Shown here one piece after another: positions 49,733 to 62,950 of a stretch of 64,000 nt of DNA. How positions within the stretch are numbered: position 1 is the first letter of the stretch; every line of letters starts with the position of its first letter. The notes beneath the pieces are model-generated. The model worked only from the letters and a program-made list of their open reading frames with translations, had not been told where the DNA came from and searched no databases. Origin of the DNA: Squalus acanthias (taxonomy: Eukaryota); assembly GCA_030390025.1 (NCBI GenBank), contig CM059425.1, positions 165,480,001-165,544,000 of the forward strand, read 5' to 3'. The translations under genes were made by a program, and so were the position numbers.

Positions 49733-51891
49733 TCCACCAACGATCAGTCCTCAGCAAAGGCCTGAGCTTCATCCCCTTACGCCCCCATCTCAATGAATTT
49801 CGAGCTCGGCATGATGCTGAGCTCTTTTTCCGCCGCCTCCGTCTCCGTGCCCACTTCTCTGGCCAGGAGTCTTCCCCCCGCACGGCTGACCCTTTCTCCC
49901 GCTTTCAGAATTCTCGTTCCACCTGGACCCCTCCCTCTGGCCTCTTACCCTCTCTTGATCTTTTCATTGCTAACTGCCGCCGTGACATCGGCCAGCTCAA
50001 TTTCTCTGCTCCCCTCACCCACTCCAACCTACCTCCCTCTGAACTTGCAGCACTCCATTCTCTCCGATCCAACCCTGACATTGTCATTAAACCTGCTGAC
50101 AAGGGTGGCGCTGTTGTTGTTTGGCGAACCGACCTCTACCTAGCGGAAGTTGAACGCCAACTCTCTGACACCTCCTCCTACCTCCACCTGGACCATGACC
50201 CCACTACCGAACATCAAGCCACCGTGTCCAAGACTGTCACTGACCTCATCTCCTCTGGAGATCTTCCCCCCACGGCCGCCAACCTCATAGTTCCCCAACC
50301 CCGCACAGCCCGCTTCTACCTCCTTCCCAAGATCCACAAACAGGACTGCCCCGGTAGACCCATCGTTTCAGCCTGTTCTTGCCCCACGGAACTTATCTCT
50401 TCCTATCTCGACTCTATTTTTTCTCCCCTTGTCCAGTCTCTTCCCACCTACATCCGCGACTCTTCCGATGCCCTCCGCCATTTTAACAGTTTCCAGTTTC
50501 CCGGCCCCAACCGTCTCCTCTTCACTATGGACGTACAATCCCTCTACACCTCCATTCCCCACCAGGATGGCCTGAGGGCACTCCGCTTCTTCCTTGAACA
50601 GAGGCCCAACCAGTCCCCATCCACCACCACCCTCCTCCGCCTGGCTGAACTTGTTCTCACATTGAACAACTTCTCCTTTGACTCTACCCACTTCCTCCAA
50701 ATTAAAGGTGTTGCTATGGGTACCCGCATGGGTCCTAGCTATGCCTGCCTTTTCGTGGGATATGTGGAACACTCTTTGTTCCAGTCCTACTCGGGTCCCC
50801 TCCCTCACCTCTTTTTCCGGTACATTGATGACTGTATCGGTGCCGTCTCCTGCTCTCGCCCTGAACTAGAACATTTCATTCACTATGCTTCCAATTTCCA
50901 CCCTTCCCTCACCTTCACATGGTCCATCTCCGACTCTTCCCTTCCCTTCCTCGACTTCTCCATCTCCATCTCTGGGGATAGGTTATTGACTAACATTCAC
51001 TACAAGCCCACCGACTCCCACAGCTACCTGGACTACACTTCCTCCCACCCCGCCTCCTGTAAGGACTCTATTCCATTCTCCCAGTTTCTCCGTCTCCGCC
51101 GCATCTGCTCTGATGATGCCACCTTCCATACCAGTGCTTCCGACATGTCTTCCTTTTTCCTCAACCGAGGATTCCCCTCTACCGTGGTCGACACGGCCCT
51201 CGACCGTGTCCGTTCTATCTCCCGCACATCTGCCCTCACCCCTGCCCCTCCCTCCCGGAACCACGATAGGGTTCCCCTTGTCCTCACCTTTCACCCCACC
51301 AGCCTCCACATTCAACGGATCATCCTTCGCCATTTCCGCCACCTCCAGCGTGATCCCACCACCAAACACATCTTCCCCTCACCTCCCCTTTCAGCATTCC
51401 GTAGGGACCGCTCCCTCCGCGACACCCTAGTCCACTCCTCTACCACCCCCAGCACCCCTTCCCCTTCGCCCGGCACCTTCCCGTGCACGCGCAGGAGATG
51501 CAACACATGCCCTTATACCTCCCCTCTTCCCACTGTCCAGGGCCCCAAACACCCCTTCCAGGTGAAACAGCGATTTACTTGTACTTCCTGCAATTTAGTA
51601 TACTGTATTCGCTGCTCACGATGTGGACTCCTCTACATTGGGGAGACCAAACGCAGATTGGGTGACCGCTTTGCGGAACACCTCCGTTCAGTCCGTAAGG
51701 GGGACCCCGAGCTCCCGGTGGCCTGTCACTTTAATTCACTGCTTCACTCCCACTCTGACCTCACCGTCCTCGGCCTATTACACTGTTCCACGGAAGCTCA
51801 GCGTAAGCTCGAGGAACAGCACCTCATCTTTCGTTTAGGCACGCTACAGCCCTCTGGACTCAATATCGAGTTCAACAATTTTAGATCATAA
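49733..51891 (+). CDS. Penelope RT + Cys-linker + GIY-YIG endonuclease (5'-truncated, no stops over ~719 codons)
   Basis: PADKGG, LPKIHK, PGRPIVS, MDVQSLYTSI, GVAMG, RYIDD; CTRRRCNTC linker; NLVYCIRC..LYIGET..RFAEH..E (GIY-YIG). Confidence 0.95.
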
Positions 51892-53082
51892 CCTCAGCTC
51901 CAATCACATTTATATTTTATTTTATCCACCCTTTTATTTGTCCCCCCCCACCTTTTTTTTCCTCCTAGAAGCTGGCAGCTGTCCTTCATTCTGCCAGTGG
52001 ATTTCACACTTCATTCAGCCTTAATCTGTCACATTAACACCACCTCCAGCCTTGCATATCTCTTAATGTCTTCCTCCCCTTTAAGAACTGGCCGGCACCA
52101 TTGTGTCTGTGTTCCATTGCTGACTGACATCACCTGAGCTTTGCCAGCGCTCTGAGGTAACGCCTCGCTCCTCGGCCTTTGCGCCTTAAGACAGTTGTGA
52201 AGCGCCTGATTTAGTGCTCCAATCACCTCCAGGGGCGATAAAAGCCAAGTTTGCAGTCGGAGGCGATAATTAGCACCAGGCGCTAATCTTTGCACCCGGC
52301 CAATAATTGCGCCCCAAACGGGGCGATACTGAATTTCTCCCCCATGGTCCATATAGACACTGCTTCTTTTTACTTTCTGTAGCTCTTTGTTTCTTTGTCA
52401 CCAAATATTTCCTCAATGTTCATCAATGAAGTAATAAATGCCATCTATGCTTTCCTTAACCAAAATCTAATATAGACATTATTTCAACATTAAAATCATG
52501 AGGCGAAAATATGATTATCATGGTTTATAAAGTAGCATTACAAGGTACCTGTACTTGTAATAAACTATTTGCACTTCAAATTAAAAACAATTTCACCCTT
52601 GTTTCTGTAAAACGTATTTCTCCTTAGTTTGAGAAAAGCAGGAAAATAAAAAAATCTAATCAAATTTTATGACCAGGTCATGAAATTGCAGGAATGCCGA
52701 GTTTAGTATTGTGAGCTTCAAGAGGTTGCATAAAGAGTTAAGGGCCCAAAATTCCGCCATTGTACTGAGCACATCTCAAACAATGCTGCTGGAGCAGGCT
52801 CAGAAAATCAGCAGGACCCTGGTTTAGCAGGATTCCACCCAGTGGAGAGGAGGCTGGGCAATTCTAGTTGGGGAATTTGTGGAGAATCTACTGCCAATGG
52901 GCCCTGCACATGTTCATCATTAATTACCTTAACCGGCAACAATTGGCTTTTTTGCCTCTCTTTCATTATGTTTTTTTTAACTCCATTGTTGGAGAGGTTA
53001 GAACATTCAAGAAACACTAAACACAATCAAATAAAGATGATTCTGTGTCTGACTTTTGTAGGGAGCAGGAAATTACAGACAT

Positions 53083-53992
53083 GGGGGGAACTTTAAGCTA
53101 AAATAATTGGTGGGTTAGGGGCGTGTGGGTAGTTAAAGTGTTAAAAATCTGAATTCCGACCTGAACCCGCCTGCAACCCGCCCACTTCCGGTTTTAACGG
53201 AGGCAGGATGGGGCGGGCAGCCAATCCGCTGCCAGGAGGTGGGTCATCTATTTAAATATGATAATGAGAGTAGAAGCCTCTGCTTTAATCTCCATTTTGT
53301 ATTTAACTTTAGCTGATCGAGTTTTGCACGCCTCGTGAAACCCGCCAGCTAATGTAAGGTGAGGACTGCTGCATCCAGGAGGTAAGTGCCTTTACACTTA
53401 CCTCCTGGATCCAGGGTCCCTACCTAACCCACCCCCCGTGATCAAAGACCCCCCCATGAGGTTTCCAATCACCCCACTGAGGCCTCCATCACCCCCCCTC
53501 CCTCCACAGGCCTCTGATCCCCCCACGAGGACTCTCCCCCCACTCCCCCAGGCCTCCAATTCCCCACCCCACTACTGTGGCCCTCCCCGTTCTGCTCCCG
53601 GCCCATGATCCCTTCAGTCTTCCCACCCCGGGCTGCTCCCAGCCCCCAATCTTCTTCCAATGCCCGCGCCCACCCACCCCCCCCTCCCCCCGCTCCTCTG
53701 GCCGCCTCGTGGCCCCCAATCCTGCTTGGACCCTCCCCATCTGCTGCAGCCACCCTGCGGCCCTCACGCAATCCCTCCATCCTCTGTGCAGCCTGGTGCC
53801 ACAGGCCTAACCGCCCGTAGTCACCCAGCCTTTCAATCTGACTGGCTGCAGGTGGGAAACAGAGGCCCATTCAAATCAGGCCCTGCTGTTAAATTCAGCA
53901 GGGCCTGCGGGAAACCTGCTCTCCCGGGTTTCCCGACTGCCCTGGAGCCCCCTCCCCGACCCCAACCCACTTACCCCATTAAAATTCAGCCC
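53083..53992. mobile_element. Harbinger-type MITE (GGCGGG-rich family)
   Basis: Ends GGGGGGAACTTTAA / TTAAAATTCAGCCC; C-rich core; CCCGCC motifs. Confidence 0.65.
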
Positions 53993-54120
53993 ACGCAGCC
54001 TGTGATCTTCCATCCATTTTTAAAAAATTAGATGTGCCACCTGTGAAAGCCATTCACTCCTGGAAGGGCCAGATTGTTAAATCTCCCCTGTTATCAATAA
54101 ACATTTTCTACTGAGATTAC

Positions 54121-54934
54121 GGGGGGAATTTTGCCAGCCCTGGGGAGGCGGGTTTGGAGGTGGGACTGCCGGGAAAATGGCAGAAACTGGGAGCGGGTAC
54201 CGAACCCGCCCCCAACCCGCCTCCGTGCCATCTTCCCAGGAGGTGGGTCCCCGCCTTGCGCAGAGACCCATCTCCTCGAGGCAGGAAGGGGATTACAGCC
54301 ACAGTTAAGAGGATTATCCCCATTTTACCAACACAAGTGCGGGCTTCCCGACGTCGGGAAACCCCACCAGGGTCAGCGAGGCGAGCAGTGGGTCTGCGGG
54401 GGTGAGAGGGATCAAAAAGTGCGCTGTGGAGGTGAGTGATGGGGGCAAGTGTGGAGAGGTAAGTATGTAAGGTGAGTGAAAAGTCTTAGAAAAAGTTTCC
54501 TTACTTTTGTTTCTTCCTGCAGGCTTCAACCGTTGGGGATCCAGAGGTGCCTCATCTCCACGTCAGAGATGACAGAATGGCTGCTGCATTCTCCGATGCA
54601 ACAGCCATCTGCTTTCTGCTGAGGAAAGAGGTTTGGTGAGTCTTGAGTACAAGGACTCACCAAAGAACAGAGATTGTCAGCGTTTGACAGCTTCTCAAAA
54701 CTGTCAAACAATGACAATTCACCTGTCAAAAATATTTGACAGATGAAACGTCATACGCTGACGTTCTCTGTCACCGGCTTTCCCTTAATTGGCCTGCTAA
54801 GCCCACAGGGCGGGCTTAACAAGGTCAATCAAGGGAAAATAGTGTGGGTTGGCCGGACGTCGTTGGGGGCGGGACTGAAATCCGACAAGCAGCAGTCCCA
54901 CCCCCAACGCGCCCCCATTGATAAAATTCCCCCC
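54121..54934. mobile_element. Harbinger-type MITE (GGCGGG-rich family)
   Basis: Perfect 12-bp TIR GGGGGGAATTTT / AAAATTCCCCCC; TSD not evident. Confidence 0.7.
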
Positions 54935-55416
54935 AGTACCTCTTTTTACCCATGTCTACTTTTACTCCAATATTATTAAACAAAACAAAGTATGTCCTCT
55001 TGTCTATTAACATCTGTTTGCTTTATTAACCCAGATATTTTTGAAATACAACATTGGTGTTCTAATACTCAGTCAGTTGACATAAGCTATAGCTGCAACA
55101 TGGGAGGTCACAACTGTATTATGGCTGCATGAACAATTTATTAAAAGATCACCATGACAACCATATTGCAGTATTTTTGCTGCAGTATAAATCACATCCC
55201 CAAGAGCATGGACATTTCTGGAGGGACATATTGGAAGTTGTGCCTGAAAACTCTCCAATAATACAACGATGCCTCTAACAAGAAGCCTGGCTATGAAGAA
55301 TTTCTAGGTCAAAAACCTGTACTTCTTAAAACATTCCAATTCTATCCTGTAAAGTAGTTTAAAACACTTTACATTGAAGGAAATTTCAGAGGCTGTCCTG
55401 AAGGTGGTAGTTTGTA

Positions 55417-55581
55417 CAATTTTAACTTAACCTGCGATCGAGGGCAATGCTGGTTTTACACCCGACACGATTTTACTCTTCAGTGAAGTCAATGGAGAGC
55501 ACTACTGGGCGGGCTGTAAAACTGTCCTTTCATCTGATCCCGTCAGTTTCCCAACGGACGGGTTAGGTTAAAATTGGCCCC
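55417..55581. mobile_element. Short palindromic MITE remnant
   Basis: CAATTTTAACTTAACC / GGTTAGGTTAAAATTG (15/16 inverted match); a similar core occurs at ~26495-26580. Confidence 0.55.
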
Positions 55582-58500
55582 TATGTGTTGAAGTCTCCTG
55601 ACGCTGAGACACCTAACAGACTAATATTAGAAATCCTGCACCCCGTATGTTCTGATCAACTAATCTGGATGAATAATGTCTAAAACCCAATCAGTTTTTG
55701 ATGCTTGTTTTATTTTTATAAATGTACCAAAGAAATAAAAAAAGAAACGTTGCATAACTAGAAATAAAGCACTGGCGATATTCATGACGAACGGCATATG
55801 TTAGACCGTTTAGTGTCTGGTCCTCCAGTGGCGAATTTGCGAGAATAATAATTAGAATACACCGCAGCAAGCATAGCTGTGGATCGGGAGCAGTGTGGCC
55901 AATAGATAGCTGAGAATTCATTTTGCTTGCTTTCTGTGGGAATTTCAACCTAATTTATTTGTTTATTTATCCCAAGAATAAAAAAGATATCCGGCAGCAA
56001 ATTACTGAATAGAGGAACAATTATTGAATATAAATTGGCATAAGAACAAAGATGATTAGGAAAATAAAAGTTCTTCTGTAACTCTCACATGAGGCTCTGT
56101 CTGGGAGCTGTGGATTTTAAGAAGAGTGCTGTACTTTATCCCTGATTGACATCAGAAAGCGATTTCAGAAGCAATGCAGAAAACTGTCACCCAAGAGGCA
56201 ATTTCATAGTGTTTCAAAGATTGCCCTTTTTTTTTATTACAGTATCCAGCAGTGCGAGAAATAAGTATAAATAAAATTTATATTCCATTAAATCTTCAAT
56301 AATTTGGGCTCTGCTTTGATCTACCTAATCAAAAGAATTTAGATAGCAAATGCCCAGAAGTGATGTTGCCTCTTTTAAACGTGCTCCTGTTATGATTCCT
56401 GTATACTCACCCGACTAGCGCCATTCTGCAAAAATCTAAGTGGCAGTGGCAATCTCACTGGCTTTAATTCAGTGAACTCGATCTCGCGTTGATTTTAATG
56501 GCCGGGCAGAGCTATGATAATTAGCCATTCAATTGGTTTGGCGAGTGAAACAAAACGGCACAACTCTCAGAAAATTATGGAGTAGCGTAAGTAATGGTTG
56601 AAGTTACTTACGCCATAAATTTCTGGGACTTTTGCGCCATTAATTGGCACAAAATTGCAATGGTGCAAATCTCCAGGAAATTCCTCTGACATATGCGGTG
56701 CTACCCAAATAGGATCAATAGAGAGAAAAAACATGCAACTTTCGATATTGAGATCACAATTCTGAAAAAATAATTACATTTTAAAGAACTTCTGATGGGT
56801 TTACAAGACAGACCAAGCCCCAAAACATTATAAAATGATACATTTTTCCTACCTTATGGTCCATCTTTATCAAATAAAAATGTTGCAGAAAAGTAACGTA
56901 TCTCTTCTATAAACTCCAATCTACCTCACTTGTGCTGAGGTCCAGGGCATTGCACTAATCATCAGGAAATGACAAACAGAGAATAATTGATGCTTGGGAA
57001 GGAGTTATGTCAGCATAATTCAATTGAACAGTTCTGACGATGCCATAAACCTTAAGAACAAAATTTAACAAGTGGATGTCGACAGACCCCCAAGATTAAG
57101 TTACAGCCATTAACTCCCTCCTTGGTATCTAATGTTTTTGTTTAATAATATATACTTAAGTTATTTTTACAATAAGATTTTTAAGCCGATTCTTCACCAA
57201 CAATGTAGAGTTCTGGGCAGTTGTAGTGTGCCCTGGACTTAGGAGACAGACAGGTATTTACACAAATTTCTACTGTTTGCTTCAAGTAGCAGCAATTGAA
57301 ATAATTCCGATCATTTCTTTCAGAAGGTAATCATCAGTTTCTGTGAGGACTTAATGACAAAGAAATATTGTCATGTGATTCACAAAGTAGCATAATTGCA
57401 ATATATTTCACAATAAATTCCCTAGAATTCTGCTTTGTAGTACCTATTATCTGTTTCTAACATCTGTACACAACCCAGTCCTCAAAGGAACTGGCATCTT
57501 AATGATGTTTATAGTGTTGCTTTGAATAAGGTGCTTATAGGCTACAACCGCCTACAATCCATATTCATGACAAACGCAATGCCTGCTGCTATTGATGATT
57601 TTCCACTGTTTGTATGTTTTCTTGTGGCTGACATTTTGTCTAATGTTTGTATATCTCCTGTGGCTAAAACACTAAGTAGTTGCTACAATATTAGCAGCTG
57701 CCCAAGCACATCCAGTCTTCAGTAAACTTAATCGAATGGTATTGTAGTTCTGTTTATAACTATGTCTTTCTTGTTCATTGACTTCTATAGTAAAAGGTCA
57801 TGAATAATTTTACAGCATGCTCAGATAAATTTTGCTCATGGTCTTGATTCAGATAATAATGTTTCACCCAGTTTCAGTGAATTATTGGTATAAGGAATGT
57901 TTTCAGTTGATAAATTCACTAAGATTCAAAAAGTGTGAGCATAGGTCAAGGTCACAGCACACCATTTTTATATTTGAGAGATGAATAGAAACAGCAGGGG
58001 AACAATTTTTTTCTTAATAGTATTTTTATCGTTCAAAAAAGGCTCCATCAATTTTCACTTGTGTTGATAAAAGGGGGAGGGGGTGTTGAGCTGTTCAATC
58101 AATCGAAGCAGCTGAGCTTGCTGAAGTACATCAATTAGCCAAAGTGAAGAAGAACTTTGATTAAAAATACCTGCCTTCACCTCTCATGTTTTCTGCTTTT
58201 GGTTCGCGAAACATTAATATTCCTATTTTTTGGATTTGTTCGAAAGTATTTTCTTCCAGGTGAAATGCTACATGTATTCTGCTGGGAATAATCTTTCACT
58301 ATTTTGGTTTTAGTCTTAGTATGAGAAGTCATACCAATCACAATTTACCTTTGATAATGCCAGTGTTCTGAAGTGAACACAGTAAAATCTAGCCAGCAGT
58401 GGCGAGTAAATTTTCAGGGTTACTATGTTTCAGCCACATGCAAGAAAAGCTCTCTTTATGGGCAGCTCTCTGTCCTATCTTGTTGACGTAGGCCTGGATA

Positions 58501-58864
58501 GATTAGATTATCTTTTTGGCTTAAACAAATTCAAGGCTTGGTGTCAGCAAGGTTGGTATGAAGGTGCCAGCAGAGAGAATCCCTTGCTCCCATCGAGGAA
58601 CTAAACTTGAAAGGAGAGTGTGTCAGAGAATCAGTGCTACAGTGTTGAAGTCCTCTCTCCAGTCCATCCTTCTTTCAAGTGTAGCTGCCTGCCAGGAGTG
58701 TGGGATCGGTGAATTTTGTGCTCCTGACCATGGAATGGGAATAAAGATTCGAAGAAATTCAAGCAACTGCACAAAAGACCAAAGGTAACCCAACATTCAC
58801 ACATGGACAGAGGTCAAAGAATAGATATGGATTGCTATCTATGACAAGCTGCTTATAATGTGAT

Positions 58865-61800
58865 TTTTTTTTTATTGGTTCATGGGATGTGGGTGTTGCT
58901 GGCAAGGCCAGCATTTATTGTCCATTCCTAGTTGCCCTTGAGAAGGTGGTGGTGAGCCACCTTCTTGAACCGCTGCAGTCTGTGTGGTGAAGGTACTCCC
59001 ACAGTGCTGTTAGGTAGGGAGTTCCAGGATTTTGACCCAGCGACGATGAAGGAATGGCGATATACTTCCAAGTCAGTATGGTGTGTGACTTGCAGGGGAA
59101 CTTGGAGGTGGTGGTGTTCCCATGTGCCTGTTGCCCTTGTACTTCTAGGTGGTAGAGGTCGCGGGTTTGGGAGGTGCTGCCGAAGAAGCCTTGGCAAGTT
59201 GCTGCAGTGCATCTTGTAGACGGTACACACTGCAGCCACAGATGGAGGGAGTGAATGTTTAAAGTGGTGGATGGGGTGCAATCAAGCGGGCTGCTTTGTC
59301 TTAGATGGTTCTTGAGTGTTGTTGGAGCTGCACTCATCCAGGCAAGTGGAAAGTATTCCATCACACTCCTGACTTGTGCCTTGTAGATGGTGGAAAGGCT
59401 TTGGGGAGTCAGGAGGTGAGACACTTGCCACAGAATACACGGCTTCTGACCTGCTCTTGTTGACACAGTATTTATGTGGCTGGTCCAGTGAAGTTTCTGG
59501 TCAATGGTGACCTCCAGGATATTGATGGTGGGGGATTCAGCGATGGTAATGGCGTTGAATGTCAAGGGGCGGTGGTTAGACGCTCGCTTGTTGGAGATAA
59601 TCATTGCCTGGCACTTGTGTGGCGCGAATGTTACCTGCCATTTATCAGCCCAAGCCTGAATGTTGTCCAGGTCTTGCTGCATGCGGGCATGGACTGCTTC
59701 ATTATCTGAGGAGTTGCGAATGGAACTGAACTTTCTCTTAGGCAGTCCCTCAGAACCGAGGATGGCTTGCTTCCACACTAAAAATTAGTTCTCAGGTGAC
59801 TGATGAGTCCAATGCGGGACCTACAGTCTCTGTCACGTGGGGCAGACGGTGGTTGAAGGGGCAGATGGGTGGGGTGCTTGGGTTGACCTGCGCTCCTTCC
59901 GCTGTTTGCACTTGGCTTCCGCTTGCTCCCGTCGAAGAGACTCGAGGTGTTCGGCGCCTTCCCGGATGCTTCTCCTGCACTTTGTGCGGTCTTGGGCCAC
60001 GGATTCCCAGGTGCCGGTGGGGATGCTGCACTTTTTCAAGGAGGCTTTGAGGGTGTCCTTGAAGCGTTTCCTCTGCCCACCTGGGGCTCTCTTGTCATGT
60101 CGGAGCTCCGAGTAGAGTGCTTGTTTTGGGAGTCTCATATCTGGCATGCAGACGACGTGGCCCGTCCATCGGAGCTGATCGAGCGTGGTCAAACCTTCGA
60201 TGCTGGGGATGTTGGCCTGAGCGAGAACACTGACGTTGGTGCGCCTATCCTGCCAATGGATTTGCAGGATCTTGCGGAGACAGCATTGGTGGTATCTCCC
60301 CAGTGTTTGAGGTGCCTGCTGTACATGGTCCATGTCTCTGAAGCATACAGGAGGGCGGGAATCACTACTGCTCTGTAGACCATGAGCTTGGTGCCGGGCT
60401 TGAGGTCCTGGTCTTCAAACACTCTCTTCCTCAGGCGACCGAAGACTGCACTGGCACACTGAAGGAGGTGTTGGACTTCATCATCGACGTCTGCCCTTGT
60501 TGACAGTAGGCTCCCAAGGTATGGAAAGTGGTCCACGTTGTCCAAGGCCTCATCGTGGACTTTGATCATCGGGGGGCAGTACTGTGTGGCGGGGGCAGGT
60601 TGGTAGAGGACCTTTGTCTAGTGTAAGGCCCATGCTCTCGTACGCTTCGGTGAAGGTGTTGACAATGGTTTGGAGTTCGACCTCCGAGTGTGCGTAGACG
60701 CAAGCGTCATCTGCATACTGTAATTCGATGACAGAGGATGGGACGACCCTGGATCTGGACTGGAGGTGACGGAGGTTGAACAGTTTCCCGTTTGTTCTGT
60801 AGATTAGCTCCACTTCAGCGGTGTGCTTACTGAGGGTGAGGTGGAGCATTGCAACACTGTGCAATCATCAGCGAACATTCCCACGCCTGACCTTAAGATG
60901 GTGGGAAGGTCATTGATGAAGCAGCTGAAGATAGTTGGGCCTAGGACACTGCCCTGAGGAACTCCTGCAGCGATGTCCTGGGGCTGTGATGATTGACTAC
61001 CAACCACTACAACCATCTTCCTTTGTGTTAGGTATGACTCCAGCCAGTGGAGAGTTTCCCCCCACCGATTCCCATTGACTTCAGTTTTACTAGGGCTCCT
61101 TGATGCCACACTCAGTCAAATGCTGCCTTGATGTCAAGGGCAGTCACTCTCAGCTCACCTCTGGAATTCAGCTCTTTTGTCCATGTTTGGACTAAGGCTG
61201 TAATGAGGCCTGGAGCCGAGTGGTCCTGGCAGAACTCAAACTGGGCATCAGTAAGCAGGTTATTGGTGAGTAAGTGCTGCTTGATAGCACTGTTGACAAC
61301 ACACTCCATCACTTTGCTGATGATTGAGAGTAGACTGATGGGGCGGTAATTGGCCAGATTGGATTTGTCCTGCTTTTTGTGGACAGGACATACCAGTTTT
61401 CCACATTGTGTTGTAGCTGTACTGGAACAGCTTGGCTAGAGGTGCGGCTAGTTCTGGAGCACAAGTCTTCAGCACGACAGCCGGGATGTTGTCGGGGCCC
61501 ACAGCCTTTGCTGTATTCATGTGGCGTGAATCGAATTGGCTGAAGATTTGCTTCTGTGGTGGTGGGCACCTCAGGAGAAGGCCAATATGGATCATCCACT
61601 GGGTACTTCTGGCTGAAGATGGTTGCAAATGCTTCAGCCTTGTCTTTTGCACTCACGTGCTGGGCTCCACCATCATTGAGGATGGGGATATTCATGGAGC
61701 CTCCTCCTCCTGTTAGTTGTTTAATTGTCCACCACCATTCACGACTGGATGTGGCAGGACTGCAGAGCTTTAATCTGATCCATTGATTGTGGGATCGCTT

Positions 61801-62645
61801 AGCCCTGTCTATAGCATGCTGTTTCCGTTTTTTAGCATGCATGTAGTCCTGTGTTGCAGCTCCCCCAGGTTGGCACTGCATTTTTAGGTGTGCCTGGTGC
61901 TGCTCCTGGCATGCTCTTCTACACTCCTTACTGAACCAGGGTTGGTCCCCTGGCTTGATGGTAATGGTAGAGTGAGGGATATGCCGGCCCATGAGGTTAC
62001 AGATTGTGGTGGAATACAATTCTGCTGCTGCTGATGGCCCACAGCACCTCATGGATGCCCAGTTTTGAGCTGTTAGATCAGTTCTGAATCTATCCCATTT
62101 AGCACCGTGGTAGTGCCACACAACACGATGGAGTGTGTCCTCAGTGTGAAGACAGGACTTGTCTCCACAATGACTGTGCAGTGGTCACTGCTACCAATGC
62201 TGTCATGGACAGATGCATCTGCGACATGTAGATTGGTGAGGACGAGGTCAAGTAGGTTTTTCCATCGTGTTGGTTCTCTCACCACCTGCCGCAGGCCCAG
62301 CGAGGCAGCTATGTCCTTCAGGACTCAGCCAGCTCGGTCAGTAGTGGTGCTACCGAGCCACTCTTGGTGATGGACATTGAAGTCCCCCACCCAGAGTACA
62401 TTCTGTGCCCTTGCTACTCTCAGTGCTTCTTCCAAGTGGTGTTCAACATGGAGAAGCACTGATTCATCAGCTGAGGGAGGGCGTTAGGTGGTAATCAGCA
62501 GGAGGTTTCCTTGCCCATGCTTGACCTGAAGCCATGAGACTTCATGGGGTCCGGAGTCAATGTTGAGGACTCCCAGGGCCACTCCTTCCCAACTGTATAC
62601 CACTGTGCTGCCACCCCTGGTGGGTCTGTCCTGCCGGTGGGACAA
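58865..62645 (-). mobile_element. LINE family B, long copy (APE endonuclease + RT + 3' end), split by an RTE
   Basis: GDFNVHH, EPTR..LDLVLTN, SDH (APE); GPDNIP, LDIKAAFD, GVPQGSVLGP, MFADD; poly-A at 58865. Confidence 0.9.
59732..60852 (-). mobile_element. RTE-clade LINE, 5'-truncated
   Basis: LQYADD, FPYLGS, LLYASETW, LRWTGHV..RLPKQ..G.R..GGQRKRFKD and a C-terminal C2H2-like motif; host GTT is duplicated at the junctions. Confidence 0.9.
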
Positions 62646-62834
62646 TAATGTGATTTAAGTGTCCTGTTGCCGATATGACATGATAGGATTATGGTGTGAC
62701 AAATGAAATATGCAAATAGGCAACAAATGATAAAGATCTTTGCATATGGAGACAACACTGTCTGACTGTCACTGTAAATTCATTTTGGAAGGAAAGCACG
62801 GACTGCCAGAGAGAGGTACTTGACACTGAAAATA

Positions 62835-62950
62835 GAAGCAGAGAAGTTTACAGCACAGAGGGCCATTCACCCCATCATATTATGTGCCAGCTCTTTGCTC
62901 GAGGAATCTAAAACAAATCCCACTGCCACCACACTCTCTCCATACGTCTG
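62835..62950 (-). mobile_element. CR1 3'-end remnant
   Basis: TTTACAGCACAGAGGGCCATTCACCCCATC..TGCCAGCTCT resembles 7480-7535. Confidence 0.55.

Larger units (their letters stand above)
49080..52071 (+). mobile_element. Penelope-like retroelement (Neptune-type) with inverted terminal pseudo-LTR
   Basis: 15-bp TSD TCCTCCCCTTTAAGA (49065-79, 52072-86); 49309-49732 is the reverse complement of 51648-52071. Confidence 0.95.
48441..52343 (-). mobile_element. Non-autonomous Harbinger of the same family as 34531-35380, inverted, split by a Penelope insertion
   Basis: TIRs GGGGGAAAAATT / AATTTCTCCCCC; flanks AAG/ATG; same internal junction as the 34531 copy. Confidence 0.9.
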
